64,000 bases of DNA from Spirochaetota bacterium (GTDB lineage: Bacteria > Spirochaetota > UBA4802 > UBA5550), in assembly GCA_050298055.1 (NCBI GenBank), contig JBNKTL010000008.1:1-64000 (forward strand), read 5' to 3'. Below, piece after piece: positions 52,225 to 61,541 of the stretch (within the stretch, counting starts at the first letter, position 1; each line of letters opens with the position of its first letter). A program made the position numbers and the translations under genes. Under the pieces are notes generated by a model that was not told where the DNA came from, did not search any database, and saw only the letters and a list, made by a program, of their open reading frames with translations.

Positions 52225-52303
52225 GTTGCAAGTTATTAGTTACAAGTTACACGTTACAGGTGCCTCTTTAACTTGGAACTTGTAACTTGAAACTCGAAAC
52301 TAA
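52225..52303. repeat. Inverted heptamer tandem repeat
   Basis: 5x GTTnnnn, a short spacer, then 5x nAACTnn. Confidence 0.8.
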
Positions 52304-52326
52304 TAAATAGTATCCCGGAATAGCTG

Positions 52327-53061
52327 ATGAAGTTTTATAAAAAGAGATACCCCTGTATACTGCTCATTTTACTCATACTCACCGCGTATTATCCTCCTGT
52401 CACAATGGGTGAGAATAATGCCGGGGAGAGAGTTGTCATATCCTCGTTCACCACATCCGTTACTCACCAGAGCTTTGAGGTAAAACAGAACATTTCAATT
52501 GCCTGCGGCAGGCTTGACGGGACACTCCTTGCTCCCGGGAAGGTCTTTTCATTCAATGAAACAGTGGGTGAGGGTTCACCGGCAAACGGGTTCTCTTCGG
52601 GACAGGTCCTTTACATGGATGAAACCAGAATGGAACCGGGGGGCGGGCTCTGCCAGGTCTCGTCCACACTCTTTAATGCCCTTCTTGCGGCGGGATTCAG
52701 GGTGGTTGAACGGCACAGGCATTACCAGCCTGTTTCCTATGTTCCCCTGGGTCTGGACGCTACCATCAAATACGGGAAGAAGGACCTCAGGGTGCAAAAT
52801 CCCCACCACCAGACCATGCAGATTGTTACCTATATGAATGAGAAGAGCCTGGTCATCAAGATAACCGGTGACAGGAAGCTCAGGTACAGGTATCTCATCG
52901 ACACGGAAGAAGAGGACCTGGAGATACCCTTCTCTGAAAAGAGGGACATCATCAGGAACGGCCTGGTGGTCTATGTTTACCGGAAAAAATTCAGGGGAAA
53001 CAGGTTCATGGAGAGCTTCCTTATCCACAAGGACTTCTATCCCCCTGTTTACAGAAAATAA
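52327..53061 (+). CDS. VanW-family exported protein
   Basis: FSFNETVG, GGGLCQVSSTLFNA, ERHRH, YVPLGLDATI, DLR..N. Confidence 0.92.
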   Translation: MKFYKKRYPCILLILLILTAYYPPVTMGENNAGERVVISSFTTSVTHQSFEVKQNISIACGRLDGTLLAPGKVFSFNETVGEGSPANGFSSGQVLYMDETRMEPGGGLCQVSSTLFNALLAAGFRVVERHRHYQPVSYVPLGLDATIKYGKKDLRVQNPHHQTMQIVTYMNEKSLVIKITGDRKLRYRYLIDTEEEDLEIPFSEKRDIIRNGLVVYVYRKKFRGNRFMESFLIHKDFYPPVYRK

Positions 53062-53063
53062 TT

Positions 53064-53711
53064 ATGAGAAAAAAAACCGGGACTATCATACTCCTTCTTT
53101 TTTTCCTGGCGGCACAGGGCAGACCGGTTACCGGTTCTTCTTATGCTGGACTTGAAAAGTGGGAGAAATATGCCGCATCTTCCGGTGCGGCCAGGATGCT
53201 CTCCTGGGCCAGAGAACTGGTGATGAAGGAACTGGACCGCAGTCTCACCACCCGGAAGAAAAGCAGAGAGAATGAATTTCCGGACAACTCTCCTCCTTTT
53301 TTCGGGAGGCTTGGTCTCTTTGTGACATTTGTCAAAGAGGGCCGTGTGCGGGGATGTTACGGCGCGTTTCAACACAGGAGTCATGACCTGAGGTCGGTAC
53401 TCACTTCTTACATCAGGGGGGCCCTGAGATATGATCCCCGGTACAGGCCCCTGGGAATTGAAGAAGCGGGGGACGCTGATATTATCATAACCATCGCTTC
53501 TCAGCCCCTCATGGTAAATGATCTCTACAGTGTGGATATATCACGATACGGAATTGTCTTTACCCTTGAAAACGGTGTAAGCCTGGTATTTGTACCATCA
53601 GAGATAAAGACCCACAATTACCTGGAGAGGAAACTTGGGAAAAGAAGGCCTTCAGGAATTTCTGCCTTCAGGGCAGTGACAATTAAAGCAAGCAGAGGAG
53701 ATGCCAGATGA
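53064..53711 (+). CDS. AMMECR1-domain protein with signal peptide
   Basis: GLFVTF.K.G.VRGCYG, DPRYRPL, YGIVF...FVPS; hydrophobic N-terminus. Confidence 0.8.
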   Translation: MRKKTGTIILLLFFLAAQGRPVTGSSYAGLEKWEKYAASSGAARMLSWARELVMKELDRSLTTRKKSRENEFPDNSPPFFGRLGLFVTFVKEGRVRGCYGAFQHRSHDLRSVLTSYIRGALRYDPRYRPLGIEEAGDADIIITIASQPLMVNDLYSVDISRYGIVFTLENGVSLVFVPSEIKTHNYLERKLGKRRPSGISAFRAVTIKASRGDAR

Positions 53712-56700
53712 ACCGTACGATTTTCAGATTAGCGACAGTGACTCTTTTGGCGGCAGCAGTTTCATGCGCCTCCGTAACAATGAATAAGAGGGAGGGCGGT
53801 GCCCGGCTGTATAAAAAGAATAAGGGGGCATCCCTCAGTGAAGAGAAGAGTATAAAGGGAAAAATTATTAACAGCAAGAACAGGAAACCGGTCCCCGGCG
53901 CCCGGGTTGAGGTGAAGAATGCCAATATGGGTATCGGGTATTATCTCACAAAGAGTGATTCGGAGGGCAGCTTCAGGATCGATAATTTTATTCCGCAGCT
54001 CAGTTACATTGTAGAAGTTGAAGCTGAAGGTTATGTGAGCTACAGGTCAAGCGGGGGGATAAGTCCCGGTGAGCAGAAGATCTATCTTGATCCCGAATCG
54101 ATTATCAGGGGACAGGTCACCGACAGCGGAGGGAGGCCCCTGAAAGGCGTGGATGTAAAGATTAAAAAAGGATACAGCTACCGGTATTCCTCCTTCAAAC
54201 CTCTTATTACCAAAACAGACAGCACGGGAGCTTACAGCTTTAACAAGATCCCCGAGGGAAGGTATTATGTATTCTTTGAGAAGCCGGGCTACATCTCAGA
54301 ATCCGTGAGTCTGAAATATATCAGGAAGGGTGAAAGTTTCAGCCTTCCCATGAGACTCTACAGGCCCGCCGGCATAAGCGGGAAGATCGTTATCCAGGGA
54401 TTTGATGTCCCCGCAGTGGACGTAAACGTGACCGCCCGGGGAGCACGGAACCACTCCGCGTCCACCTTCCAGGACGGCACATTCCAGCTGGTTGACCTGA
54501 AGCCGGGAAAGTATAAACTGAGTGTGACCCACGAGGGGTTCTATACCATAAAAACTCCCGTTCTTTATATCCGTGAAGGATCGGAAAATAAAAACTACAA
54601 CTTTACGGTCAAGCCGAAACCTCCCGAAGTCAAGGTCTACTCCTACAGGTACACCTTTGCCCCGGGAAACAAGGTGAGCTTCAACCTCAGGACATTCAGG
54701 CTTGAAAACGTAAAGGCCACTGTTTACAGTGTTCCGGTGGAGACCTTTCTCAGGGGAAAATCAGACCCCGGTGATATCGACCCTGAAAAGGAAAAGTTCA
54801 GGGTCAAGACCGGGTGGGACGAACCCGTGAGGGACTTCAAACCCTACCAGTGGAGGTACCAGACCCTGGATGTGAAGGAGCCCCTGCCCACAGGGGGGTA
54901 CTGCATGGAAGTACGGGGTGCCGGCAGGGTCATAGACAGGAAGTTCTTTACCGTCACATCGGTGGGTGTGGTCTTTAAGAGGTCCCGCTACTCGGTCTAT
55001 TCTTATGTCACCAACCTGGTTACCAATAAGCCGGTTCCCGGGGCGGATGTTGTTGTTTTTGATTCAACACCGGTGAAAAAGAGGTACAGGTATACAAGTT
55101 ATACTTACAAGGCCCCCAAGAGGATCGAAGAGCTCCCGGTAAGGATCGTGGGGAGGGGCAAAACCGATGAATCGGGGATATTCAACCGGAAACTTACCAC
55201 GGACAAGCACCTGTCGGTCCTTGCCATCAGCGGCGACGGCAGCTACGCCCTGACCAGTACCGGTTCCCCTGCCGCCTTTCAGAGGGAGAGGATCAAGTAC
55301 ATGGTCTATACGGAACGGCCGGTCTACAGGTCGGGGGACACTGTCTACTACAAGATCATCGGCAAGAAGAGGAACAGGAAGTTCACCCCGCTCTCGGGAA
55401 ACAGGCTTTATTACCAGATCAGGAACCAGGACAACGGCAAGGAGCTTGATAAGGGAAGTGTGAAGCTCGATGACTGGGGGACCGCGCATGATAAGATAGA
55501 GATCAAACAGAGATACGGCCTCGGTGTATACGAGATAAGGGTGGGTCCCTCCCTGAAGAACCTCTACGCCTCGGGGCACTTTTATGTTGAGGAATACAGG
55601 AAGCCGGAGTTTAAAATTGATATTAAGCCTTCAAATTCCTACTATATAAACGGTGATACCGTGGAGTTCAAGGTTGAGGCCAAGTATTTTTTCGGCGCGC
55701 CGCTGAAGAACGGCCTGGTGAGATACAGGTTCTATGAAACGAGACTGAGGGACACCGATACGGTCTACTGGTGGGAGGAGGATTCGCCCTCTCAATCATA
55801 CAGCAGGCTGAAGCTGGAGGGTGAGCGGTATCTTGACAACAACGGGGTCATGGCGCTCCGGGTCCATTCCGGTAACGTGCCCTATGACAGGGAAATCACC
55901 CTGGAGGCAACCATAACCGACCAGTCAAATATCAGCATTACCTCCCGGGGAAAGGTCCGTGTGGGAAGGGGAGAGTTCTATATCAAGATCAACCCGAAGC
56001 AGAACTTCTTTGCCAGCAACGAGAAGAAGAAGGAGATAGAGATACGGACTCTCTCCCAGGACGGGAAACCTGTTCCCGCGCGGCTTGACCTGAAACTCTT
56101 CAGGTATATCTGGAAACCCTACCAGCGGATCTATGTCCATGAGAGGAGGCCCTACCTGACCCGGACCATCAGTACCGATACCGCCGGAAAGACGGTTGTG
56201 AGGTTCCCGGAGAACTTCATGTCCTACGGAGAGTTCGATATTGTTGTTTCCGGGACTGACAGGAGAAACAACCTGGTCACCGCGTCCCGGGTGGTGTGGA
56301 TCTACAACTACAGGGGAGGCAGCGTGGCTTCCCGGTTCAAGAACCTTGAACTCTCCGTAAACAGGAAGAGTCTTCAGAAAGCGGGGGAGCTGACCTGTCT
56401 TTTAAAATCCAAGTACCCTGACGGCTATGTTCTCATCACCCTTGAAGGGAAGGACATCTACTGGACAAAGGTTGTAAAGCTCAAGGGGAACATCACACCG
56501 GTAAAGATCCCCGTTAAGGAAGATTATGCCCCCAACTTTTACCTCACCGCGGCCATGCAGAGGAAAAGGGCCCTCTATACACGGACCGTGGGAATATCCA
56601 TTCCCCAGCAGGACACGGGCCTCAGGATTACCATGAAACCGGGAAAGGAGAAATATCTTCCCGGTGAAAAGGCCCGTGTGAATATAAAGGTGACCGATGA

Positions 56701-59077
56701 GAGGAACAGGCCCCTGGAGGCCGACCTCTCCCTGGGGGCGGTGGATGAGTCCATCTACTACGTGAGGCCGGACCATACGCCGAGGATGAAGGACTTCTTC
56801 TACGCGAAAATATCCAACTGGGTCCTCACCGGTTACTCCTATCCCATTACCGTCCTTGCGGGTGCCGCCAAGGAGGGGAAGGTCAAGGTCAGGGAGAAAT
56901 TCGAGGACACGGCCTTCTGGAAAGCGGACATTCGGACAGACAGGTCGGGGAGGGCGCGGGTAGACTTTACCCTTCCCGATAACCTTACAACCTGGAGGCT
57001 CACTGCCCGGGGACATGATAAGAGAGGACGTGTGGGCGAGAAGAAAAGGAAGTTCCTGGTAACACAGGACCTTATCGCGCGTATAGGGAAACCGAGGTTC
57101 ATGATAGAGAAGGACGATCTTTCATTGATCAGCATCGTCACCAGCAATACCAAAAGGGGTCTGCCCGGGATAGATATCGATCTCAGGGTTGACGGGAAGA
57201 CGGTACCCCCTGCCGACAGGGGGAAGATCAGCCTCCCCGGATTCGGCTCCGCGAGAAAGTACCATAAGGTCACTGTCCCGGAAAAGAGGGATGAAAGTGT
57301 CGTTCAGCTCACGGCCAGGGGTGATGCCCGGGCAAAGGACGCCCTGAAGATAAAGATCCCCGTGGAAAAGAGGGGGGCCGCTTACAAGCTCTTCGGGCTG
57401 GGGGATTTCACCGCCAACAGGAAGATAGAGCTTGAAGCAATGAAGAAGAGCAATGACTTTACCTTTGTTCCCGAGAGGGTCACCCTCTCCCTCAATCCTT
57501 CGCCCCTTCAGAAGATGCTTAAGGCCACAAAGTTCCTGGTTGAGTATCCCTACGGCTGTGTTGAACAGACCATAAACAGGTTCATTCCCCTTCTCGCTGT
57601 GAACAGGCTGATCCGTGACAGCAGGTATTCGGGGCTTGTGAGCAATATCAGCAGCGGGAAACTGGACAGCATGGTGCGCGCGGGGATATCACGGCTCCAG
57701 GTTGCGCAGAACTCAGACGGCAGCTGGGGCTGGTGGGGAGGTGACAGGGGCAACGAGTTTATCACCGGCTATGTCCTCTATTCCCTGAAACTGGCAAAGG
57801 ACTTCGGGTATGATGTGAGTAATGATACTGTCAAGAGAGGGACAGGGGCCGTGGGCAGGATGCTGCGTTCGGGGAACCGGATGAGTAACGACGCCAGGGC
57901 TTTTCTCCTCTCTGTCTACTCCCTCTGGGGGTACTGGAACGCGGATGCCTACCTGAGGCTTATGGGCACGAAAAGGTCCGTCTATTCCACTGCTTTCCTC
58001 CTCAGGTCTGTTGCAACGGTAAAGGGAGACCTGTTTAAAAGAAAATCGGCGGTTGCGGGAAGCAGGGAGTCTGTTCTCAAAAAGCTTGCCGGGGAGATAA
58101 AGGAGAAGAGGAAAATGGATTCCCGGGGAATATACTGGCAGGGGAGAAGGGAACAGAGATGGGGCTGGCCGGGAAGCAGGACCGAGATATCCGCCCATGT
58201 GCTTGCCGCCCTGGTTGAGGCCGGCGACAGGTCCCCGGTAAGCTCTCAAATCGTCAGTTCTCTCTCAAAAAGGTCCCGGGGGAGCTACTGGAGGACAACC
58301 AAGGAGACGGCAACGGTTATCCTTGCCCTCTATGACTATATGAAGAAGAGGAAGGGGAGTGTGGGCGGACCGGCGGATGTAAAGTTCAGCGTTAACGGAA
58401 AACCGGCGGCCGAACTGAAATATGATCCCGAAACAAAAACCCGTCCCGGCGATCTCATCAAAACCGTAAAACTCTCCGGCAGCGGGGAAAAGGGAAAGGT
58501 GGTGGTTAACGCCGCCGGTAAAGCGGGAAGTGACGCCAGCTACGACGTGACGGTCTCCGGGACCCTTTACTTTAATCCCTCGGGGTTTCTCTCTTTCTTT
58601 AAGTCCGAAAAGAAGGGACTGGACCTTCTCTCCAACGGGATCAAACTCTTCAGGAGTTTCGAGGGGATCACCCGGGTCAAAGACATGAGGAGAAACGAGT
58701 ACCTTGTCCCGGGCAGGCTCTCGTCATCAAAGGAGATAAAGGTGGGCGACCAGCTCCTGGTAAAGGTGAGGTTCCGGGCCGCCGATGACTTTGAATATCT
58801 TGTGCTTGAAGACTATCTGCCCTCTGGATTTGAAGTCATAAAAAAGGACGCCTATAACAACTACCAGCCCTATGTCCGCTCCGAGAGGTGGGACAACAGG
58901 ATGGTCTATTTCTTTAACAATGTATCAAAGGGGAAGGTCTATGAGATCGCCTATATTATCAGGGCGGAGCTTCCCGGCAGGTTCATGGTCAGGCCCGCCA
59001 GGATGGAGTGCATGTATGATCCCGAGATACAGGGCTGGTCATCACCGACGATTATTGAAGTAAAAAAGAAAAAATGA
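53708..59077 (+). CDS. Bacterial alpha-2-macroglobulin lipoprotein with N-terminal carboxypeptidase-regulatory-like repeats
   Basis: Lipobox AVSC; TERPVYRSGD, VEEYRKPEF, VREKFEDTAFW, LPDNLTTW, thioester GCVEQ, EDYLPSGFE, MYDPE. Confidence 0.95.
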   Translation: MNRTIFRLATVTLLAAAVSCASVTMNKREGGARLYKKNKGASLSEEKSIKGKIINSKNRKPVPGARVEVKNANMGIGYYLTKSDSEGSFRIDNFIPQLSYIVEVEAEGYVSYRSSGGISPGEQKIYLDPESIIRGQVTDSGGRPLKGVDVKIKKGYSYRYSSFKPLITKTDSTGAYSFNKIPEGRYYVFFEKPGYISESVSLKYIRKGESFSLPMRLYRPAGISGKIVIQGFDVPAVDVNVTARGARNHSASTFQDGTFQLVDLKPGKYKLSVTHEGFYTIKTPVLYIREGSENKNYNFTVKPKPPEVKVYSYRYTFAPGNKVSFNLRTFRLENVKATVYSVPVETFLRGKSDPGDIDPEKEKFRVKTGWDEPVRDFKPYQWRYQTLDVKEPLPTGGYCMEVRGAGRVIDRKFFTVTSVGVVFKRSRYSVYSYVTNLVTNKPVPGADVVVFDSTPVKKRYRYTSYTYKAPKRIEELPVRIVGRGKTDESGIFNRKLTTDKHLSVLAISGDGSYALTSTGSPAAFQRERIKYMVYTERPVYRSGDTVYYKIIGKKRNRKFTPLSGNRLYYQIRNQDNGKELDKGSVKLDDWGTAHDKIEIKQRYGLGVYEIRVGPSLKNLYASGHFYVEEYRKPEFKIDIKPSNSYYINGDTVEFKVEAKYFFGAPLKNGLVRYRFYETRLRDTDTVYWWEEDSPSQSYSRLKLEGERYLDNNGVMALRVHSGNVPYDREITLEATITDQSNISITSRGKVRVGRGEFYIKINPKQNFFASNEKKKEIEIRTLSQDGKPVPARLDLKLFRYIWKPYQRIYVHERRPYLTRTISTDTAGKTVVRFPENFMSYGEFDIVVSGTDRRNNLVTASRVVWIYNYRGGSVASRFKNLELSVNRKSLQKAGELTCLLKSKYPDGYVLITLEGKDIYWTKVVKLKGNITPVKIPVKEDYAPNFYLTAAMQRKRALYTRTVGISIPQQDTGLRITMKPGKEKYLPGEKARVNIKVTDERNRPLEADLSLGAVDESIYYVRPDHTPRMKDFFYAKISNWVLTGYSYPITVLAGAAKEGKVKVREKFEDTAFWKADIRTDRSGRARVDFTLPDNLTTWRLTARGHDKRGRVGEKKRKFLVTQDLIARIGKPRFMIEKDDLSLISIVTSNTKRGLPGIDIDLRVDGKTVPPADRGKISLPGFGSARKYHKVTVPEKRDESVVQLTARGDARAKDALKIKIPVEKRGAAYKLFGLGDFTANRKIELEAMKKSNDFTFVPERVTLSLNPSPLQKMLKATKFLVEYPYGCVEQTINRFIPLLAVNRLIRDSRYSGLVSNISSGKLDSMVRAGISRLQVAQNSDGSWGWWGGDRGNEFITGYVLYSLKLAKDFGYDVSNDTVKRGTGAVGRMLRSGNRMSNDARAFLLSVYSLWGYWNADAYLRLMGTKRSVYSTAFLLRSVATVKGDLFKRKSAVAGSRESVLKKLAGEIKEKRKMDSRGIYWQGRREQRWGWPGSRTEISAHVLAALVEAGDRSPVSSQIVSSLSKRSRGSYWRTTKETATVILALYDYMKKRKGSVGGPADVKFSVNGKPAAELKYDPETKTRPGDLIKTVKLSGSGEKGKVVVNAAGKAGSDASYDVTVSGTLYFNPSGFLSFFKSEKKGLDLLSNGIKLFRSFEGITRVKDMRRNEYLVPGRLSSSKEIKVGDQLLVKVRFRAADDFEYLVLEDYLPSGFEVIKKDAYNNYQPYVRSERWDNRMVYFFNNVSKGKVYEIAYIIRAELPGRFMVRPARMECMYDPEIQGWSSPTIIEVKKKK

Positions 59078-59092
59078 GTGATTGCCACAGAG

Positions 59093-59286
59093 GCTCATCT
59101 CGATACGATCCTGCTCATCGAGTAGCCAGGAAATGGCATGTCGAAATGCAGGATCACTCGATGAGCATCTTATGTTCCCCGAGTGATTTGCCGCTTTATT
59201 AATACAGTGCTTTATGCTCTTTATAAGGAGCGGCAAATTGTATCGAGGGGAACAGATCATTACGTCACTTCGTTCCTCATGATGAC
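59093..59286. repeat. Structured REP-like intergenic element (two opposed hairpins)
   Basis: Stems 59093-59114/59148-59166 and 59173-59195/59229-59254 share TCGATAC and CACTCG motifs in opposite orientation. Confidence 0.65.
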
Positions 59287-59360
59287 AGTTTCTTTAATTC
59301 GGAACTATCTATAGCCGCATTTATCTGCGGTAAAATTTATTTTTATGAAATAAATTGTTT

Positions 59361-61433
59361 ATGAAAAAAACAGTTCTTATTCTTCTTCTCTTTCTTATCT
59401 CCGGGGGGGGAGCTCCCGGGAATGACGAATATTCAGCTCATTTCCCGGGACACCAGAGATCGGTAAAGATCGGCATTCTCTCGAAACAGCTGAGGCTTAT
59501 CAGGGAGAAGGGAGGGGGGATCCTGATATTTACCGCAAAGAACCCCCTTACTCTCTATGAACTTTCCACCGGGACCCTCTCTGAAACCGAATCTATAAAA
59601 CTGGCCTATGAACAGGGCTCCTGGAGGTTATGGGCGGGAGATATGCAGCCTGCCGGAAAGTTCAGCCTCCTGGTAAAAAAAACAGAAATGTCCGGTTCTC
59701 TGAAAGTGAAGATCGGCAACGAACTGAGGCGCTACCCTCTCCCCCTCACCATTACCCGGGGGGGAAAAGACCCCCTGGTAACCGTTACGGAAGAGATCAG
59801 CCGTTACTCCCTGGATTCCGCCCTGGCAGAGTATGGTGCCAGGTCTCCCCTCGAGTATGAAGCGGTGGATGCCCTGGCCCGGATCATTGAAGCCAGGGGC
59901 CTTATGGGCCTGAAAAATCCCCGCCATAAAGGGTATCACTTCTGCGACCTGACCCACTGCCAGGTCTACAGGGGCAGGAAGGGAAAAAAGGGACCCGCGC
60001 CGCCTCCCTTTTACGGCAGATGGCGGATTGACCTGAAGGGGCTGAAAAACCCTCTCCTCTTTCATTCATCCTGCGGGGGCAGGACCTTCGGACCGGAACT
60101 CTTCGCGTCGGAGCCCCCATACATGTACAGGGGGGTAAAGGACTTTCTCTACAGGGAAAACCTTCTGCTCTGCCGAAACGGCAATTCATACTGGGAGAGG
60201 ATTCTTCCCAGGGATGAAATCTTCCATATCCTGAAGCTTAAGGGCTGCTCTCCGGGAAGGGCCGGGAATTTCCTTGAATACGGGAGGAAAAAACTGCAGG
60301 TGAAGGTCCGCTGCGGGGAGAGGGAAGTGAATTATCCCCCGGAAAACTTCAGGATAAGGATCAACAGGGTGAAGGGGTGGAGCTTTATCAGGAGCAATAA
60401 CTATACGGTGCAGAGAGGAAAGGGTCAGGGAGAACTCCTCCTCAGAGGTTACGGGCTGGGGCACGGTTCCGGTTTCTGCCAGACGGGGGCCCTGGAGCTT
60501 TCCCGGAGGGGATATTCCGCGTCTGAGATTATCCGGCACTACTATCCTGATATTAATCTTGTTTCCCTTACCGGGGAAGATGACAGGTCCTCTGACATCT
60601 CGTACGCCCTCTTCGACCTCTCCACGGGGAGGATACGGGTATCAACCTCACCGTCACTGGTAAAGAGGAGGTTCCCTCCCGGTTCCCTCTGGAAGCTTGT
60701 GACCTCCCTCTACCTTGCCGGGGAGAGGCAGGACCTCCTGAGGGACTACCGGTATACCTGTACCGGGAGCGGGGGAGACGATCCCCGGCTTCCCGAAAGG
60801 TGCTGGAAGAGGGAAGGCCACGGGAACCTGGATTTCCGGGCGGCCCTTTCAGGTTCCTGTAATCTCTATTTCGCGTCCCTCTCCCGTGTCATCGATTTCA
60901 GGCGGTACAGGGAATTTGTTGAAAGACTTTTAAGGGACCTTGGAATAGCCGCTGAGATTCCCGGGATAAAAACAAAGAAAGATGAGGCACAATTCCTGGC
61001 GGGCCTCGATTTCAGGATAAGTCTCGGGATAAAAGACCTCATAAAGATCGTTGCCCTTTTTCAGCCTGTTGAGAGTAATAATAAACGTGTAAGGAAGGTC
61101 CGGAACTCTCTTCCCCTCCCGGCCAGGGACTCAATACTGGAAGCCCTTCACGGGACTTTCATCCACGGCACTGCGGCATTTCACCGGGAAAGGGAGAAAC
61201 CCGGTCTGCTGAAAAAACAGCTCATCTTCAGCGGGAAGAACGCTGAATTATTGAAGAAAAAGAGTGACGGTATCTGGGGCAAGACATCAACGGTCATCGA
61301 CGGTACCAACAGGCCCGTAAGTTACGGGATTTTCCTGGGAGCATCTGAAAATACCGGTATCATCCTCTTTTTAAAAAACGGCAACGGGCATAACGCGGCA
61401 AAATGGGGAAAGGTCATTCTCCTTGATAAATGA
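59361..61433 (+). CDS. SpoIID/LytB-domain protein fused to a penicillin-binding transpeptidase-like domain
   Basis: SpoIID: ALAE, FCDLTHCQVY, FHSSCGG, GHGSGFCQTGA, IIRHYYP. PBP: PPGSLWK, SCN, GKTST. Signal peptide present. Confidence 0.85.
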   Translation: MKKTVLILLLFLISGGGAPGNDEYSAHFPGHQRSVKIGILSKQLRLIREKGGGILIFTAKNPLTLYELSTGTLSETESIKLAYEQGSWRLWAGDMQPAGKFSLLVKKTEMSGSLKVKIGNELRRYPLPLTITRGGKDPLVTVTEEISRYSLDSALAEYGARSPLEYEAVDALARIIEARGLMGLKNPRHKGYHFCDLTHCQVYRGRKGKKGPAPPPFYGRWRIDLKGLKNPLLFHSSCGGRTFGPELFASEPPYMYRGVKDFLYRENLLLCRNGNSYWERILPRDEIFHILKLKGCSPGRAGNFLEYGRKKLQVKVRCGEREVNYPPENFRIRINRVKGWSFIRSNNYTVQRGKGQGELLLRGYGLGHGSGFCQTGALELSRRGYSASEIIRHYYPDINLVSLTGEDDRSSDISYALFDLSTGRIRVSTSPSLVKRRFPPGSLWKLVTSLYLAGERQDLLRDYRYTCTGSGGDDPRLPERCWKREGHGNLDFRAALSGSCNLYFASLSRVIDFRRYREFVERLLRDLGIAAEIPGIKTKKDEAQFLAGLDFRISLGIKDLIKIVALFQPVESNNKRVRKVRNSLPLPARDSILEALHGTFIHGTAAFHREREKPGLLKKQLIFSGKNAELLKKKSDGIWGKTSTVIDGTNRPVSYGIFLGASENTGIILFLKNGNGHNAAKWGKVILLDK

Positions 61434-61506
61434 CCCGGTGTTTATATGTACACATAACTGAAGAGAGTTTCCGGTAATATATGAATTATAACCAGGAATA
61501 ACAACA

Positions 61507-61541
61507 ATGTGTTCCCGCCGCCGAAGGCGGCGGGAACACAT
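61507..61541. repeat. REP-like palindrome family A, copy 4
   Basis: ATGTGTTCCCGCCGCC-GAA-GGCGGCGGGAACACAT. Confidence 0.9.

Noticed and set aside
9478..61541. Family A palindromes as CRISPR repeats or integron attC sites
   Set aside because: Dispersed single copies with no spacers, no cas or intI genes and no RYYYAAC/GTTRRRY ends
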